Shown here: positions 35,601 to 50,600 of the stretch, piece by piece
Layout of the letters: each line of letters begins with the position of its first letter
Position numbering within the stretch: position 1 is the first letter of the stretch
Source of the DNA: Catajapyx aquilonaris
Lineage: Eukaryota
Assembly (NCBI GenBank): GCA_000934665.2
Contig: JYFJ02001042.1
Coordinates: 1-64,000, forward strand
Direction of reading: 5' to 3'
Length of the DNA: 64,000 nt
The notes under the pieces: model-generated
The model's database searches: none
Seen by the model: only the letters and a program-made list of their open reading frames with translations
Told to the model about the DNA's origin: nothing
Program-made: the position numbers and the translations under genes

Positions 35601-38600
35601 AAGCGCCCTTTTGCCCAGCAGCAAGTGGTTCATGGCTATGGGAGTTCCAGACGACGCAGCAGCGACTGGAGACCATGTCGGCTTCTCTCTGGCACCACAC
35701 GCTGACGACAGTATAATGTGTGCTTGTTTCTGTCTCTCCCGAAGCTTCGCGTACTGTTGCTTCAGTGCAGCAATGTCCAGGTTCAGCCGGTCCTTGCTCA
35801 GAGTTTGCACTTGGTTGGTCACTGCGCCTCGAAGAGAATCTGCAATGAAATATGTTACTGTATATGCAGCTTTGATCCTAAAAGTTATGCTGCATGTACG
35901 ACAGGAGTGCGGTTGCATACAATTGAGGATGAAACATAAGTATACAAAATATCATTGTGACATATCTGATCGGTATTGTTTGACTGTGCTGACACTGCAG
36001 GAGTCACATGCAGCCTGCAGCACAACCCCCGCAGAAATTCGAGAATAATTCTTGTAATTGTACACCGCACTGAGTGACGCAAAACGTACTGCGTAATCAT
36101 GGATGCATGTTTCCACTGTCACTGGTCATATGACCCGAAAAAAAAACGTTATCCATCCTGGAATTCACTTTTGCGATGACAAAATCCGTACTTTTTTTTT
36201 TACGACCACATAAAGTCACATGTTGCAGCGAGCTCCACCTGACCGAATATGGCCATATAAAAATTCAGGCAACTTATGTCACATCCTGTTGTCTTACAGA
36301 CCACCGTTACAATAAAGCCCGTCTGATGGGAAAGGGGGCAGCATTATTGCTTAATATTCCATGGCAATATATCAAGCCATTATGATGCTTATTTGCTCAC
36401 GTTAGGAGACATTTACAACCGCGGTTGTTTACTCAAAAAGGTCCATATCAAGCTTTTTCCGGTACCCATTAGCTGAGATTGAAACATTAATCATGGATAT
36501 TACTTCCAGTTAAGGTGCTTACCTCTTCTTCTTGGGGATCTGAAGACTGCTGAAACTCCATAGGCTGTTGCCAGAGCTATTTTTTCATCGTCATCTTGGT
36601 CGTCCTCGTCATCGTCGCTGTAGAAGAGACGCAGACCTTTCTTGGCCGCTATAGACACTGTTTGAGTCCACGGGGTGATGTTGTACGTGTACTTATCTCT
36701 CAGGTCGGCCAGTTCAGGGAAAGGAAACTCCGCGATGTTAACGATCGTCTAAGGAAAGGAGAAAAAAAAAAGGCAACGTTAGCTTAGCACTTCCACGTGC
36801 AATGGGCGGGACCTGAAAATATATTGCTGTCGTACATTTAACCAAAGCCATTCACGCGGAATAAAACATGATGCAAAAGCTCCAACTCTCTTACTAAAAA
36901 ATTGGACTACTGCAATAAGGTCCGGTTTCGCAAATTTTATACATAAGTTACCAACAACATAACAGCTAACCCAAATGAAACGATCTTCGATTATGCAAAT
37001 TACTCATTACTCTTTGAAGTAATACGACTCTATTTGTTCTTTGCGCGATAAGGTCACACAAGGCGCAAGAATAAGGCTATAAAACTGGTTATTAATTAAT
37101 GTGAACTTACCTTCACTAAATTATTTGCATCCATGAGTCCGAATTCGAGCATTTCTCGCGTCAGGACACCCATTATGCTGTAGAACTCGTCGGCACTTTC
37201 AACCGTCATTATACGGCTGAAATGACACCAAGGTACCGTGAAACACTGGGAACAACAGCTGATAAAAAGGGGGGGTTACATATATGCCTTTTCATTAGAG
37301 GTTAAAATAAAATATGTGACCTACAGGAAGGTCATTTTAGTTATTCGGAAAAAAATGCAATTTTCAGTAGCTTGTTAACGTAGATACTTACTCAGCCAGG
37401 ACATCCCAAATGGCAAGGGCAGCTCTCAAAAGAACCTCATTTCCTTCCACGAAAATGAGATCCCATACTCTAAGTACAGCGTCTTGAGGAAGGCAGTTGC
37501 AAAAAAGAGTGAGGAACCACTGCATGGTGAACACGTTGGTTAGAGGAGGCTCATAACTCGTTCCTGTGAGTTTAAAAAAAAAATCATTTGTATAAGGATG
37601 TATGAAAATTTCATGGGTTTAAGTAAGAGTTAGTAAATCAAAGGCGCACTTTCAGCACACTTCATTGTGAACGTACGCCAGAAACATTTTTCGCGATTTT
37701 TCGCAACTGGCTGGACCGATATCTGGATAGAGTCCAGCATATAAAGAGGATGGAGAATGTAGAAAGATCACATCAATTTATCAGGACGAGTGGGCTCACT
37801 TGGGTACAATTGGCACAAAAAAAAATCCCATGGGATTTCCGTTTATTGGCTTTCGGATTTACTATCGACACCACGTTAACCAACAGGTAGAGCACACTCG
37901 ATGAATATTAACACCATATGATTAATTAACAGGAGCACGGAAAACCACGTGAAAAATAACGCCTCTCGTGGTGTAATACTTACCAGAAGATAAATCCCCG
38001 GCTTCATGTTGCAGTTGCTCTAAGTGCCTTGAAAGCTCCGGAAGGCGAAGTCGCAGGAGGTCTCGAAAGACCGCCATGTCTATAGATAGTCCCCGCATAT
38101 TGTTTGCAAAGTAGCTCTCGGGTAACACTCCTTCGATCAGGAATATCATCACCTGAAACGAGCAAAGCCAGAGTATAAGCCAGGGGAGGAAAGTAGGGCA
38201 GAGGTAAACATGGCAAGAGGTATAGAGTATCTAATCCTTAGAAATTTAACCGGAAGTGTGGCATATCCTCTCGTAAAAAAAAGTTTGGCTGTACACAAAC
38301 ATGTAAACAATAATTCCAGCACTTTTCAGCACCAAAATGTCATTCCTCGATAAATTATCGCTCGTTTAAAAGTTCGCGCGAAAAAAGAGGGCGTGGCCTA
38401 AAGGACGCATTCCCACTCCTGTCTGATCACAGTGACGTCATTCCACTATGCTTTATTTGGCCATTTCTGGGATGGAACTGTCCCCATCTGAAGATTGGTT
38501 TCTTAACGACATGTGATTTCCAAAGTTTGGTTTAATTGACCCGGCACGTGTACACGTTTAAAGGACCAGAGTTAATTTTAACCTGAGTCGCTGCGGCGGT

Positions 38601-41600
38601 TAGGAGCAATAGCTACTCAGTAATTGGTAGTTTTAATCCAGTTATTACCAAGCTGCTGCCTGAGTCACAATCATGGTTAGACCTTCGACTACTATAGTAT
38701 AGAACCCAGAAAAAATATCAAAAAAATCTGATAATGCGCCAAAAACTACGATGAAACTTCACCAGTGCGATAACCTCCCAGTTAATCAATCCTGGCTGTT
38801 ATTCCGCACAATTTAATCCGCAATACCAATTCTCCTGGATATGTCCCCCCCACTTTAACCGTATGATGTAGAGTCATCGCACTAAACCAGCCCCACTCTC
38901 CTGGTCGATGACCCATTGCCGATGGATATTACGCTTGACAAAAAGGGACTCTGCGACACTGTTCGACACTTCCTTTGAGTGTCCCGAATGACCATTCTCA
39001 AGTGGGGCTGATGGAGCAGGAAAAAAAAAGCTGCCATTAAAAGCTGCCAGAAAAGGGCGGGGACAGAGGGGGACCTACTTCACAGGGTATAATATGAGGT
39101 TGTAATAATTGCAAGGTGGTATATGGCCCCAGGTGTGGTTCCGGATATTGCGTGCCGATGTTATATGAATAATTCTGAGGCTGTTCTGCAAGCAAGAAAA
39201 CTGACTGGGGTCCTCCATGGCACGTTTTGGAGATTGGGAAAATTTTCTGGTCGGAATAGAAAGTTGGATTGGATACATTTCGGGAGAAGGACGCAAAAAA
39301 AAGCGATTGAGATGCAAAATACATTTTTGTATCACTTAGGTGTAGTAGTTTCTATGCCGGTTGGAGAACCATAATTCATATCGTGACACGCAATATGGAA
39401 AGGAAAAAAAACTGATGTTTTCATGGCTGCGAGAGACTTTTCAAAGGCGTGTGTTTTTTTGCCTCCAGGTCTATAGGCTATTCTGCAGAGACGTTGTGCA
39501 ATGGATGCGCGGATATTAGTAATAGTTAATGAATATTTACAGTACAGTATATGCCGGTGCAGCGAAGCTTGAACAAACATTGAAATCAGGATGGAAAATT
39601 AACCCCATCGGATATTACGTAACTTTTTCCCTGGCGTTTTCCGGGTCACTTAGCAATATTTCGTTGAGATTTTTCATTTAAACTCCTGCAGAATCTGGTT
39701 ATTCGCACAGTTACGTTATGAATTATTATTTTTGTATATTTATACAAGAGTAATGAATATGAATGTGCCGTTGTGTTGTACAACCTTTGCTATACGTTTT
39801 TTTTTTTAATCACACTGTAATTGGTTATTTCAATTGCTGTAATGTTGTATTAAGCTCACAATCAAACTTAAAACCACACAAGCAAATTTTGCATGATGTA
39901 ATTAGCTGATGCTCATTACGTCTCTGTACAACATACTACACTTTCGATTTGAAAAAAATAATATCTCTTGAATTGCCGCCTAGGATTTCACGCCTAGGAT
40001 ACCTGGAAAATGATGTTATTATCTTGCGCCAAATTATTACGTCAACCTCGAAACAATGGAACTTAGACGACAAGACAGCACGTTTCAAGATCAATAAATC
40101 TACCGCTTCATCAGTGCCAATTTACAAGCTCAAACGAGACTTTGGCACGCAATCTCTTTTTTAAAATACCGCCAGGTTGTTTCCACAGGTGCGAACAGTT
40201 CACAATCAGTTCCAGTCCCCATCAAGCCGAGTAAGGAAAGTTCGCCATAGGCCATGGACAAGGCTTCAATGACTCGTGCATGTGTGTGTGTGTGTGGAAC
40301 AAAACTTTTCTACGTGAGTTGGAAATGGACTGCATTGTTCAGATACAAAGGGAGGGATAAAAGGGTTCTTTTGTGTTGCCCCTCGCCTGGCTAATGACAG
40401 TTACATAATTTGTACTATAAAGGGCTGATATTGTCCACTGCAGTTTCTTCAGTTCGGGCGTGAATCACATTAGAAGTGTTTCTGGATTCTGGTACATCAC
40501 ACACTTTGTACACTGTCATTGATGTACAGTGCATTAAAGTATCGATTATATCCGATTTCTGTTGATATTGGAGTTGCACAACATGTAAACTTACAGAATA
40601 GGTTAGCAAAGAGTTACAGAAGCAAACAGCTGATTTATTTCACTTAAAAGTCCGCTCTGTAAATACTGCTCAGTTCTGTAGTGCATGGCATCATTTTCTG
40701 AAGTTCGTTGCAAGTTTTTCACGTATCCACTAAAAAAATTCCTTGATCGCTTTGAGGGACTCTTCCTTCACGCCTGACGAGGCATTACACGCTCGCCATA
40801 ATGCTAAAGCGAGAGATTATCTCTGGAATGATCCTAAGGTTCACACATCATCAGAATCCACATTGCACTTAACACCCTTTCCTGAAATATGTACGGGGAT
40901 GATGCAATGAGATTACTGCATTATAAACCCACCCATATACGTTACGAAAAAGTAATTGTGTGCAACACGCACTGTGAAATGTGTTGTGAAAATGCATAGT
41001 AATTATACAAGTCGTGTTACTGCAGGGGCAATAAAATTTTTTACACCCATATTTTACAGGACGTCTGCCATATAACTCATATTTGCCATAAAGCACATAC
41101 AGCGCAGAGGAAGTACATTAAAATTATAATCTAGAAAGTACTCCATGTTGATCCCTCTGACTTTTTGTTATAGTGGCTTGTTTGTAAAATTCAGGCATTG
41201 CTCATTCACAAAGTATAAACTGAGTCTGATTTTGAGATCTTTCTCCAAACAAGAATAACAACTTAGTATGCACTGCATCTGAGGTCTGTAACTGTGACCA
41301 GAATTAATCCCGTGAGATAGATGAAGGTGGTGTTGTTTCGGACAGCCTTCAACGCTTGCGGAATTCGTCCCAGGTACAGAATAAGGCTGGGCTGCTTAAT
41401 AAGAACCTGCTTCATTCGATTAGGCCAAGTCTGTGGAGGACTACTAACTTCGTAACCCTATTCCGTCGAGACCAAAAGTGCGGTAGACTTAAGAAGTCTT
41501 TGCGGTGTCTTTAAACACATCTCACATTAGAGAGAATTACGTCTGATGCACAACTAAAAAGCATGCTCTGTATAGCATGAGTGGGTGTCTTTATGGGATT

Positions 41601-44600
41601 TATCCATTGAAGCATTTTACCACATGATGCTTTCAGAGCTCATCAAGGCCTCCTCCGCCTCTGCGGTAATTAATAATCATGCACTCCGTCAGCCTTTTGC
41701 GTTCATTTCGTGTATTAACAACCCAACCAGACCCCCTCCAGGCTTCTACACATGCGAAAGGTTTCTAATGAGAGTTAATTCTCGCAAATCGAGTGCCGGA
41801 TACTTTGTAAAGCTTTGCTCGCGTCATTATGAGCAAGTTGTGGTCAGCATTTTGCAACTTGCAAGGTAAATGTTACATCGACTTGAAGTACGGTGGTTAT
41901 AAGTACACACTACATTTAAAAAGTGACCTGAACATGTAAGCAAACTCGGAAAAACGGAATAAAAATAAAAATATTTGACATTAACTCCCAAGTAATTTGC
42001 AATAAAAAAATTCGTGCGAGTACTTGGATGTGAAGGTGCAAACTTTCTCCGCCAGCCTCAAGCACAATTATGCCATTGTAGGATCCTTTTCATCTTCCCC
42101 TTTTTGTAACCCTAATTCCACTTTCTAGAACCAACTTTTATGCTGCGAAATTATAGGCGGGGTCTGAGGCAAGAAAAGTGATGAAGTAGCTTTTTCCACG
42201 AGTCATGTTCAGACAAGCAAGGATTTTAGTGGAGCTCAAGAATCTCTTGAAGCGCAGGTTTATACATCTTGATGATTGAACAAAAAGGAGCGTACCACAA
42301 AGAACTGGGATATAAAATTTTGTAAAAAAAAAAAATAATCAATCTCATGGCGGATTATGAATTTAAAATTCGGAAGACTAATGTGATTCCATCAAATATG
42401 TAGGAGTAGAACTAATAAAAATGTGGATCGAAAGGAGGCCGACAGACGCGGGTTTTTTTTTTTTCTCTGCTAACTTTGGCGCCAGGATATGGCGCCTCTA
42501 ACCCACACAGGCTGTGCCAAAATTTTCAGGCTGACTGCTTTCAAGTCACTGCCATTTAACAGTGTCGCGTTCATATATAGCTGCAGATAATTTCTCAGAA
42601 AATGACAAATCGTGGTATGATTCTTGCAATTTTAAATATTTATGTTCATTTGTATATTTTATGTTTCTTAAAATTTGCACTTTTACATACCCAGTGTGTA
42701 CCCAACCTAGGTCGATGCGAACCACATTATTTTTAAACTTGAGGCGAACTTTTGTAGTCACTGGCAGACCACCGAGTTGCATCGTAAAGAGACAATAAAG
42801 GAAAGTTTTTCCTTGGGACCGCCCACCTGTTCTCTGTTAAATGTCAAATGGCGTTAAGGAAGGTGTGACAGCCCCTCTTTTTTCCTCCTCTCTGGAAAGT
42901 AACGAAGTTACGGCTTCCCGCTTATTTTCGCCAACATTTTGGACCGGCTTTAATTCACTGTAGATAGCGTAATCGGGTTTCCCCGCACTCCAGGTCCTTA
43001 ATTACAGGCCCGTAATATGTATTGCAATTCCTCTACAGTTACAAGTTGTAGCCATCAACGCAGCTGTCTTAATTTAAGCTGGGGGGGGGGGAAAGTGGTA
43101 TTTACCGGAAGACCAATAGTGTTGGGATGAAGGATGATTTATATCTGTGGTATAACCTTAGAGGTTCTTGGATCCATAAAGTAGCCCCAGTGAGCCTGCA
43201 GGAAATATACGGGCTACAGGTTAAGCCATTTTTCTGCCAGGCGACAAAAAGAGGTTTTGCTCATTTTGTCCTACAATGTGAGGAAGGGTAAAGGGTTATG
43301 TTTCCATCATTTCGCAACTAAAGTGCTCTCTTTGAAATCCCAACTCTGTAACCTTTCTCGTTCGCATTTTCTCTTAAGATGACAGCTCAGAGAATTTCGG
43401 ACCTTTTGTCAGCTGCCCGGATATTATCTGAAAAACCATATTGTCACTCTTCTTTCAATGTTGTTATATCTCTGCGACACATCCGTCGCAGTGTGTTATC
43501 GTCAGTGCAGGTTGTGGTTTCATTTCGCATCGTGAAAGTGAATCTTTGCCTGGTTTAGTCAGATGATATTGGCTGACATATTATCATTCCAGAAAAATAA
43601 ATAAAAATAAAAATAAACACTATCATTCCCTCAAACATTGACATAACTCTGCGATGCAACTTTTTTTAAAGCACTTGTTATTCTAATTATAAATCGCGGG
43701 AGATACAGTCGATTGCTGCAAAATTGACTTCTCTCGTGTGAAAAAGCAAATCTGGCTGGTGATAACGGCATGCTTAATCTTCTGTGACATGCCACAGTAA
43801 TTTGGGCAGGAATGTATATCGCCAAGCACGCGAACTGCTGTGTGGCACAAACAATATTTGCATAAATATGCAGCGACTCTCGTAAAACTTTGCTCAAATT
43901 TGCTTTTCTGAATAAGTCGCTTATCTGACAGCACATAGTGTAGTAAAGCAACTGGGAAGAGAGGTCATAAATAAAACCTGGTATCAGTAAACTATGGGCA
44001 CATTTCATGAGTCCAATGCATGAGTCAATATTTCTTAATAATTAATCGAAGTAGCTACATTTCATCAGTGTTAAACTGATTGTTATTAACCGATTGAATC
44101 TGACAGTACCAGCTTCTAACATTAGGCTCAGTGTAGGTGCTGAATTGCAATGAAATGGTGACCTTACAATGACCTGAGGTCAATGGTTGAACGCAATATC
44201 AAGTGTCCACGCGTGTTACACCTAATATTAACGAATAAGCCAAACTTCATATTTCAAGTAACAACTGGACACGCAACAAAACCGCTAACTGAAACAGACG
44301 GCCGCAATTAGAGAACACTGTAAATCTACACGCAAATTACCAGCATTTTTGACGACACGTTTAATTTGCCAGCTCTCTTTAAATGAACATCACAAGTCTC
44401 CCGCTTATTAAAAGCTGGCTGAATTCATGTCACTGCCTTTCAATTCCATGCCTTTATCATTCTCATCTCTGGACAGTTATTGACGCATCCCTCGCACCTA
44501 AAATAGTGCAGTACTTTTTGAAGCTGCCGGAAATTAATAAAGTGGAAACGACCCCCTCCAACTACAGTTCAGACGCTTTTGGCCATTTTTATCCCCCCAT

Positions 44601-47600
44601 GTTTTATCTCGTGCAAATGCAGTCCGCTCCATTCAGCGTATATATAATGAAGTCCTGAGTATTGGTTTCAGCCCGTGCCTTGATCTCTATCTGCATTTGA
44701 ATATGAAAAAAAGCCGAAAGGTCAAGCCTCCAGGCAAGCATATTATGCATTCACTGTACCTTGAGGGCATCGGTTTCGCTTCTCTCCATGACTTGCAGTA
44801 TGAGAGCTGCCAACATGTTGAATCCCTGGCAGTATCCGACCGTCTTGTTCCATCGTGCATAGGCCAAGAGGACACGCTTCAGAAGGGCCTGGTTGGGCTC
44901 AGCATCTTGACCACAAAAAAGGCTGCAACCAGTCCGATGCAGGTCCTGAAAATGGCAAAGAAATGTCTGAATCTGTTTGCTGGTACAGTACATCACGGAT
45001 AGTGTCAACTAATGTCCATCACTGTGTTATTGGCACGAGTGGTTTTTGGCTAAATGTTTAAATATTTGCGGTACAAATTGGTGGTGGTTGTGAAATTTTT
45101 TCATCAGAATAATTAACATACACAAAAGCACTGCCCTGAAATGGTAGGCCCTGTTGCAATCCGGCACAATAAGCCCGGTTATTAAACTTGCAACCCCAGC
45201 TTGCGTGCCCCGCACAGGAAAGAACAGAACCACATTACAAATTCACTTTAACCAGAAGCCCCCTCCAGTCGAATAGTCCAAAATTAAACTGTATACCATT
45301 GCAATTTCTCTCGGATTGCAGCAGCATTGCCGCTATCGTATTCAGTAGCGCATAAATATTAAGCGAACAAAGGCTGAGTTGGAGATGAAATCGAATCATT
45401 GGAAAGCCCCTTGAGGACATACCACTCTTCGTTCTCTCTGAAACCGTCGGACTCAGACTGTGAGGTACTAAATTAGATTTGATAACTTTGATTCGCGTCG
45501 AGAGGACCGTATATATTGAGGTAAAAAAAAAAACAGAAGACCCTTTGAGTGTAAGGATCAAACGGATTCAGGTATAGAGCAAATCCCCTCTTGCTTAAAA
45601 GCTCTCTCTGTACAACCGCAAGCGGTTCCAATAATTTCCTTCTGATGCTGGGTGCATGCTTTTGCCAAGCTCACAATGGATTAGTGCAAAGGGGAAGGTC
45701 CGCCTAATTATATATTACATGAAGGTGGCAGTACGCTTGTTGCAATGTATATTTTATCTGACCTGTTGGGTGAATGGTAAATCTGAGCCGATTTTGCTTT
45801 GAGACGCTTTTAATTACACTTTCGGAACTGTTGGCACTATAAAAGTGAGGAGTACAGCATACTCGAATCATGTAATATTTATGCGTTATGGCTGGTTAAT
45901 CGTGTGCGTATCTGAGAGGTATAAGCATGCTGTACTGGGCATAATTTAAAATAGCGTAAAATTGAGTTAGCATCGTGGTAACTGAATCGTTAATGCGAGT
46001 TTAGGAGGAATGTTTCATGCGAATGAGCTGGAATCATTATAGTATGAAAAATTCGCAATTCATTACTTCCATACGTCCTATTCATGTTAATTTTCCATTC
46101 AAGTTCCTTCTTCAGTGAATGGGATCTGCCTGGGTTCCATTCATTTCATCAGCCAGCACTAATTAAGTAATATGCGACGTAATTCAATTCCGAATTAGAT
46201 GGTACACACATCTGCAATAATATTCTGTACCTTCCGTGTTCGCTGTTTTTTAATTTGCCCTTTACGAAAGTTATAATATGCATGTGCTGCACACAACAAA
46301 AGCCTCGCCTAAAATTACAACGTCGCGCACACAGTGCGTGGTAGTGCGTCAACATTTGCCTTTGAAAAACCTTCTCTGCGTCAGGCTGTAAACTTAGCTA
46401 AAAATGTTGCGCCATCGCAATAATTAGAGTGCCACTTGCAGACTTAAGTAGCATGCACTGCAGTTTTGCGACATACCGAATGTGTTCAGTCAACTGCAAG
46501 GAGGGCAATTTTTTTTACATTACCTGGATATATCGTCACATACCGTAAACTAGGTTGAATCGTAAATTAGCAACTACTGCCTACTCATTAACATGATTCC
46601 ACAAGTTTTTTTCCAGTTCAGTAAGCAGCGGAAAAATCTAGACGTGTAACAGGCCTGCGTTTTTAACGGGGATTTTGCAAGTAATACCCCCACACGCATG
46701 TGTCTCATAATGAGAATTAATGCTCTCGCCTGGTGCACATTACGCGAGATAGTTAATTGGTCGTATACGAGCAAGCATTCGGCCTGCTTCTTTATAAGGC
46801 GACAGATATAATTTAGCATCGCATTCCCTCAAGTCAGCCGTAATTAGTAATTATGACGACAAATGTCCCGCACTTTTTTTTCCCCATGGAGTACGATATA
46901 TTAGAGCATTATCTGAAAGCTACACCTAATTTCATGCGCTGGCAAAATATGTCAAGGTTAACAAGAGAGCGGTCTGGTGACATAAATTCAGCGGAGTCAT
47001 CCGCGGGAAGCAATATGGAGCATTCTTCCACTTTATGACGTCGCAATGGCGATAAAGATACTGCAATACCACCACCAGGTACTAACGCAGTCATGATGTC
47101 TTGTTTCATTATTTTCTCCCTGGGTGTATAGAACAAACCCAGACACCTAAAAATATGCCCGCATGCTATTCATGGAATTTCTAGGCAGAATTAATTTAAT
47201 AAGAGGAATGCTCCTGCGTGACAGCAAATCGAGACGGTGACATTTGACATATTTTGGAAAGAATATTCTGCTCTCAGTCGGCATATAGCCATGGCATATG
47301 ACGCAAGCGATTTTAAAATTCACATCTCAAAATGCACCATTGAGGTTGTTTTTCGTTCTAATAATATTATCGAGCAGTATTACTATAATAATTATGTAAC
47401 TGTAGGACAGTAAAATTATTAATAACTACACATTCGAGATTAAACATAGTCATTTGCTCTTGGACGATTCCATGGCCTATTTAATGGAAAATGAGATATC
47501 GGATGTATATTTACAAGTACAAGGATGTTTTCAGGTGCTGAGAGAGGTTGTTGTATCAATTTTGTGCTTCAGCACCGAAGTAGAGCTCATCACGAAGTGT

Positions 47601-50600
47601 GCGTTTATAGGGACAGTTGGAGCTACTCCCTGATGGGTTGTAGCATGAGACATGCAACCGGCAATTCGTGGACACCCGGCACACAAATCCAAGTTTATGT
47701 TGTTGGATCCCAAGTTATTATAATCTCTTTTCAAGGATATGCTTGAATGGAATAATTACAGTAGTATCGACCTGTACTTGAATAGAACAGGAAGAGATTG
47801 TTGCAAAATTTGAAGATTAACTCAACTAATCAACCTGTAAATACTTTTTTTATGAGAGTCAAATGTAGACGTCCTGTAAAGCTTACAAATATTATTATGA
47901 CATGGGCTTATGATTTATATTAAAGCCAATCCTTAATCAGCTGTTTGTATAGACCTATACCCGAATCATATGTGGCAGAATGGCCGCAATACGACTCTGA
48001 AATTGATGGCTATGTTCATAGTCGGTTACGCAACAAATGTCAACTGCTTCCGCGGACTGTAATCTCTCGCGTGCGTCATAATTATAATCCATATTAATGC
48101 AACTGTCCACTTAATGGGATTGTCCCATTATCATCGTGTGCTATTCGGATTTACGGATTTGTTTTTTTGCCAAACACTCTTTACTGTCCTGTTTCCCACA
48201 ATAACAAGAGCTACTGATGTCCTATATTATTCATAAAAAAATATGAACATAATGTAATAATGGCGTATACTTTGCACTTTCAGCCGGGGACTTCGATGGC
48301 ATCACCCTGTACATGCAGCTCAGCACTCTGATTAACCTAACAGCGTGCCTGCACAGTGTTGCTAGCAATTCCCTGAGCTGCGAGTCTGTGACAATGGCAT
48401 TGTGCGGCAATGCGAGAATGTGACTTGAGGCGGTAAACGTACCCAGCACCCCAACTAGGATTCCCTTCATGAATGATTCAGGTGCCAATCCCGCAAAAGG
48501 CAGTTTGGGCGGAAAATAATCCGGGAAATGAGACAGTTGGCCATGGAGGTCAGGAGGTTCCATCAAGCTCCATCGTGCACAACAACAACAAAGCTCAGCA
48601 TACTCCGAAACACTGTAATACGCCGTCAGCAAGCCTCGCTTTTTTGAGAGAGAGAAAAAAATCAGGGTCATAACTTTTGAACCAAATTGAGGACCATGTG
48701 CTCGAAAAGCTCAAGGCACCAATTAGAGTGAGTCTGGTAGCAATAGTGGACGTGGGCATTTCAGGAATCGAGCCTGGAATGTCCGGAAATTCCTTCTAAC
48801 TGGTCCATCCTATTCAGAGCAGCAAATAAAAAAAAAGGAAGACGAAGAAGAAGGGAATAGTGATGGTGGTGCCGAGAAAGCGAATCGATAGGCAGCTACG
48901 GCTAAGCAGCCAGAGGGGAATGCACTGCTGGAGAAGACGGGGGCGCCTGCACTTCTTCTGCTATACCAAACGTGGGCTTCTCCCTTTTCCACCAAAACTA
49001 CAGGCAAACCCATTAATCCTCCGTAGCTGACCCCCGAGGCCACTGCTCTACCCATAATAGGATTGCAAATGAGGCACCGGTCTCCCTTTCTCGGTCTGGT
49101 CTGCTCCAGACTTGACGTAGTACGTGCCCGGATTTCAGGAGAGGCCACTATGGGCTTCTGGTCACTATATACTGACCACAATATTCAGACCGATCCAAAA
49201 ATAGCACAAACGTACAGGGTTGGCGTCAGGAAATCGCATTATGTCGAGTCCATCCACCAGGGGCAGCACTGTCGCTTCATAGGACGCCGCTTGAGAGCAG
49301 CACTGTCGCAACAGTGCTGCTCTCAAGCGGCGTCCAACGAAGCTTCAAACTATAACTTATCTTGCCATAAGTAGCGATCTCATTAGGAGTGTCAGTGAGT
49401 GAGCCTCGCAAGGATACTGTATGCTCTCTGATTAATAATTATGCCAGTAATGAGAATGCGAAGACCAAATGTCACCTGCGTATAAAATGATCCTCAGCCC
49501 ATGAACTTGTCCTAGATTCATATACACTGCGTATGATGGCCGGATGTTGGAACAGTACGGAAGAGAAAACCGAGGGCTTCTTGCTTAGTGGTGGTGAATC
49601 AATTTCCGGAGAATTAATAATGCCATGGGCTTCAACCGCTGCATCCGAGTCGGATTACTCAGATGTAATAAATTGATTTTGTTGTAAGGGGATATGGACG
49701 TACAGTGCGGTTCCAGCAAACCGGAGGTAAAATCCGGGAGCTTTTGGATCATCTATCCTTTAAATCGACCTTAGTCTTGCAACATCGGTTACGAGCCAAG
49801 ACTGTTCAGAAACCGGTTGTCACGTTTGCATTAATTATAGTCGGCTCAGCTCAGCCTTTTGAGACCTTCCTTTCATTCTGCCTTGTTCCAGGCCTTAGTT
49901 TTATGAAAATGACTAGAATTTTTATATTATAATGCTGATGATTTACGGCAAGTAGTAAAACTACAACGACCTTTCTTCCATACAGGAGAGTGTAATTTAC
50001 TGTCAGCCGGCTAGTTTTATGGACCACACTTCGATCGGTAGTGATGGAAATGATAATAAAGTAGGTTTAGGTTAGGTCTGCCCTTGTGACCTACAGCTGA
50101 CTTGCTAATTGAATAAACTGATTAAAATTATTAATCAACGTGCGACAACTAATTTTAAGCTAATAAGTCTTAGTATACGTAGCATTTACTGTGAGCTCCG
50201 ACAATATGCTGCTGCAGAACAACATTATGGAAACTCCAGTAATGGTGCAGTTAGTTCAGGACATTACTCCTCACTTTGCAAGAAATTGCATGTGGCAAAA
50301 GACCTTTTCCCAGAGTGCTGTGAAAGTAGGTTTAAAAACAGTGGCGGACGTCCCTGCCGGCCACGGCCTTTTATTCCAGACGATGTCCTTTTAGCGGAAA
50401 TCACCGGAAGAGAAGCGGGGCTCAAAATGCAATCCAAAGAGGAGATTAGGTTTGGGGCGTTAAAAGGCAAAACGGGTGGAATCGGAAGTGATGGCTTCCA
50501 GGTGAATACTGCATGAATTTTACTGGACAGGATGGTAGTGTGAAACTCCTGACAAAAATGTAATCTCTTGATAAGTACACACTATCAGCAAATAATTTAT

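Noticed and set aside
33088..36048. Overlapping and antisense ORFs over the TBC1D30 3' exons
   Set aside because: They are shadow frames of low-complexity coding sequence with no independent motifs.
40055..40120. Hammerhead-like motif on the minus strand (CTGATGA...GAAAC...GTC)
   Set aside because: The core words are present, but stem II is poor, stem III has only 3 bp and stem I cannot pair, so it is probably chance.
49254..49269. CTCF-like site CCACCAGGGGCAGCAC next to the hairpin
   Set aside because: It is one base short in the core spacing relative to the CCACYAGRKGGC consensus.
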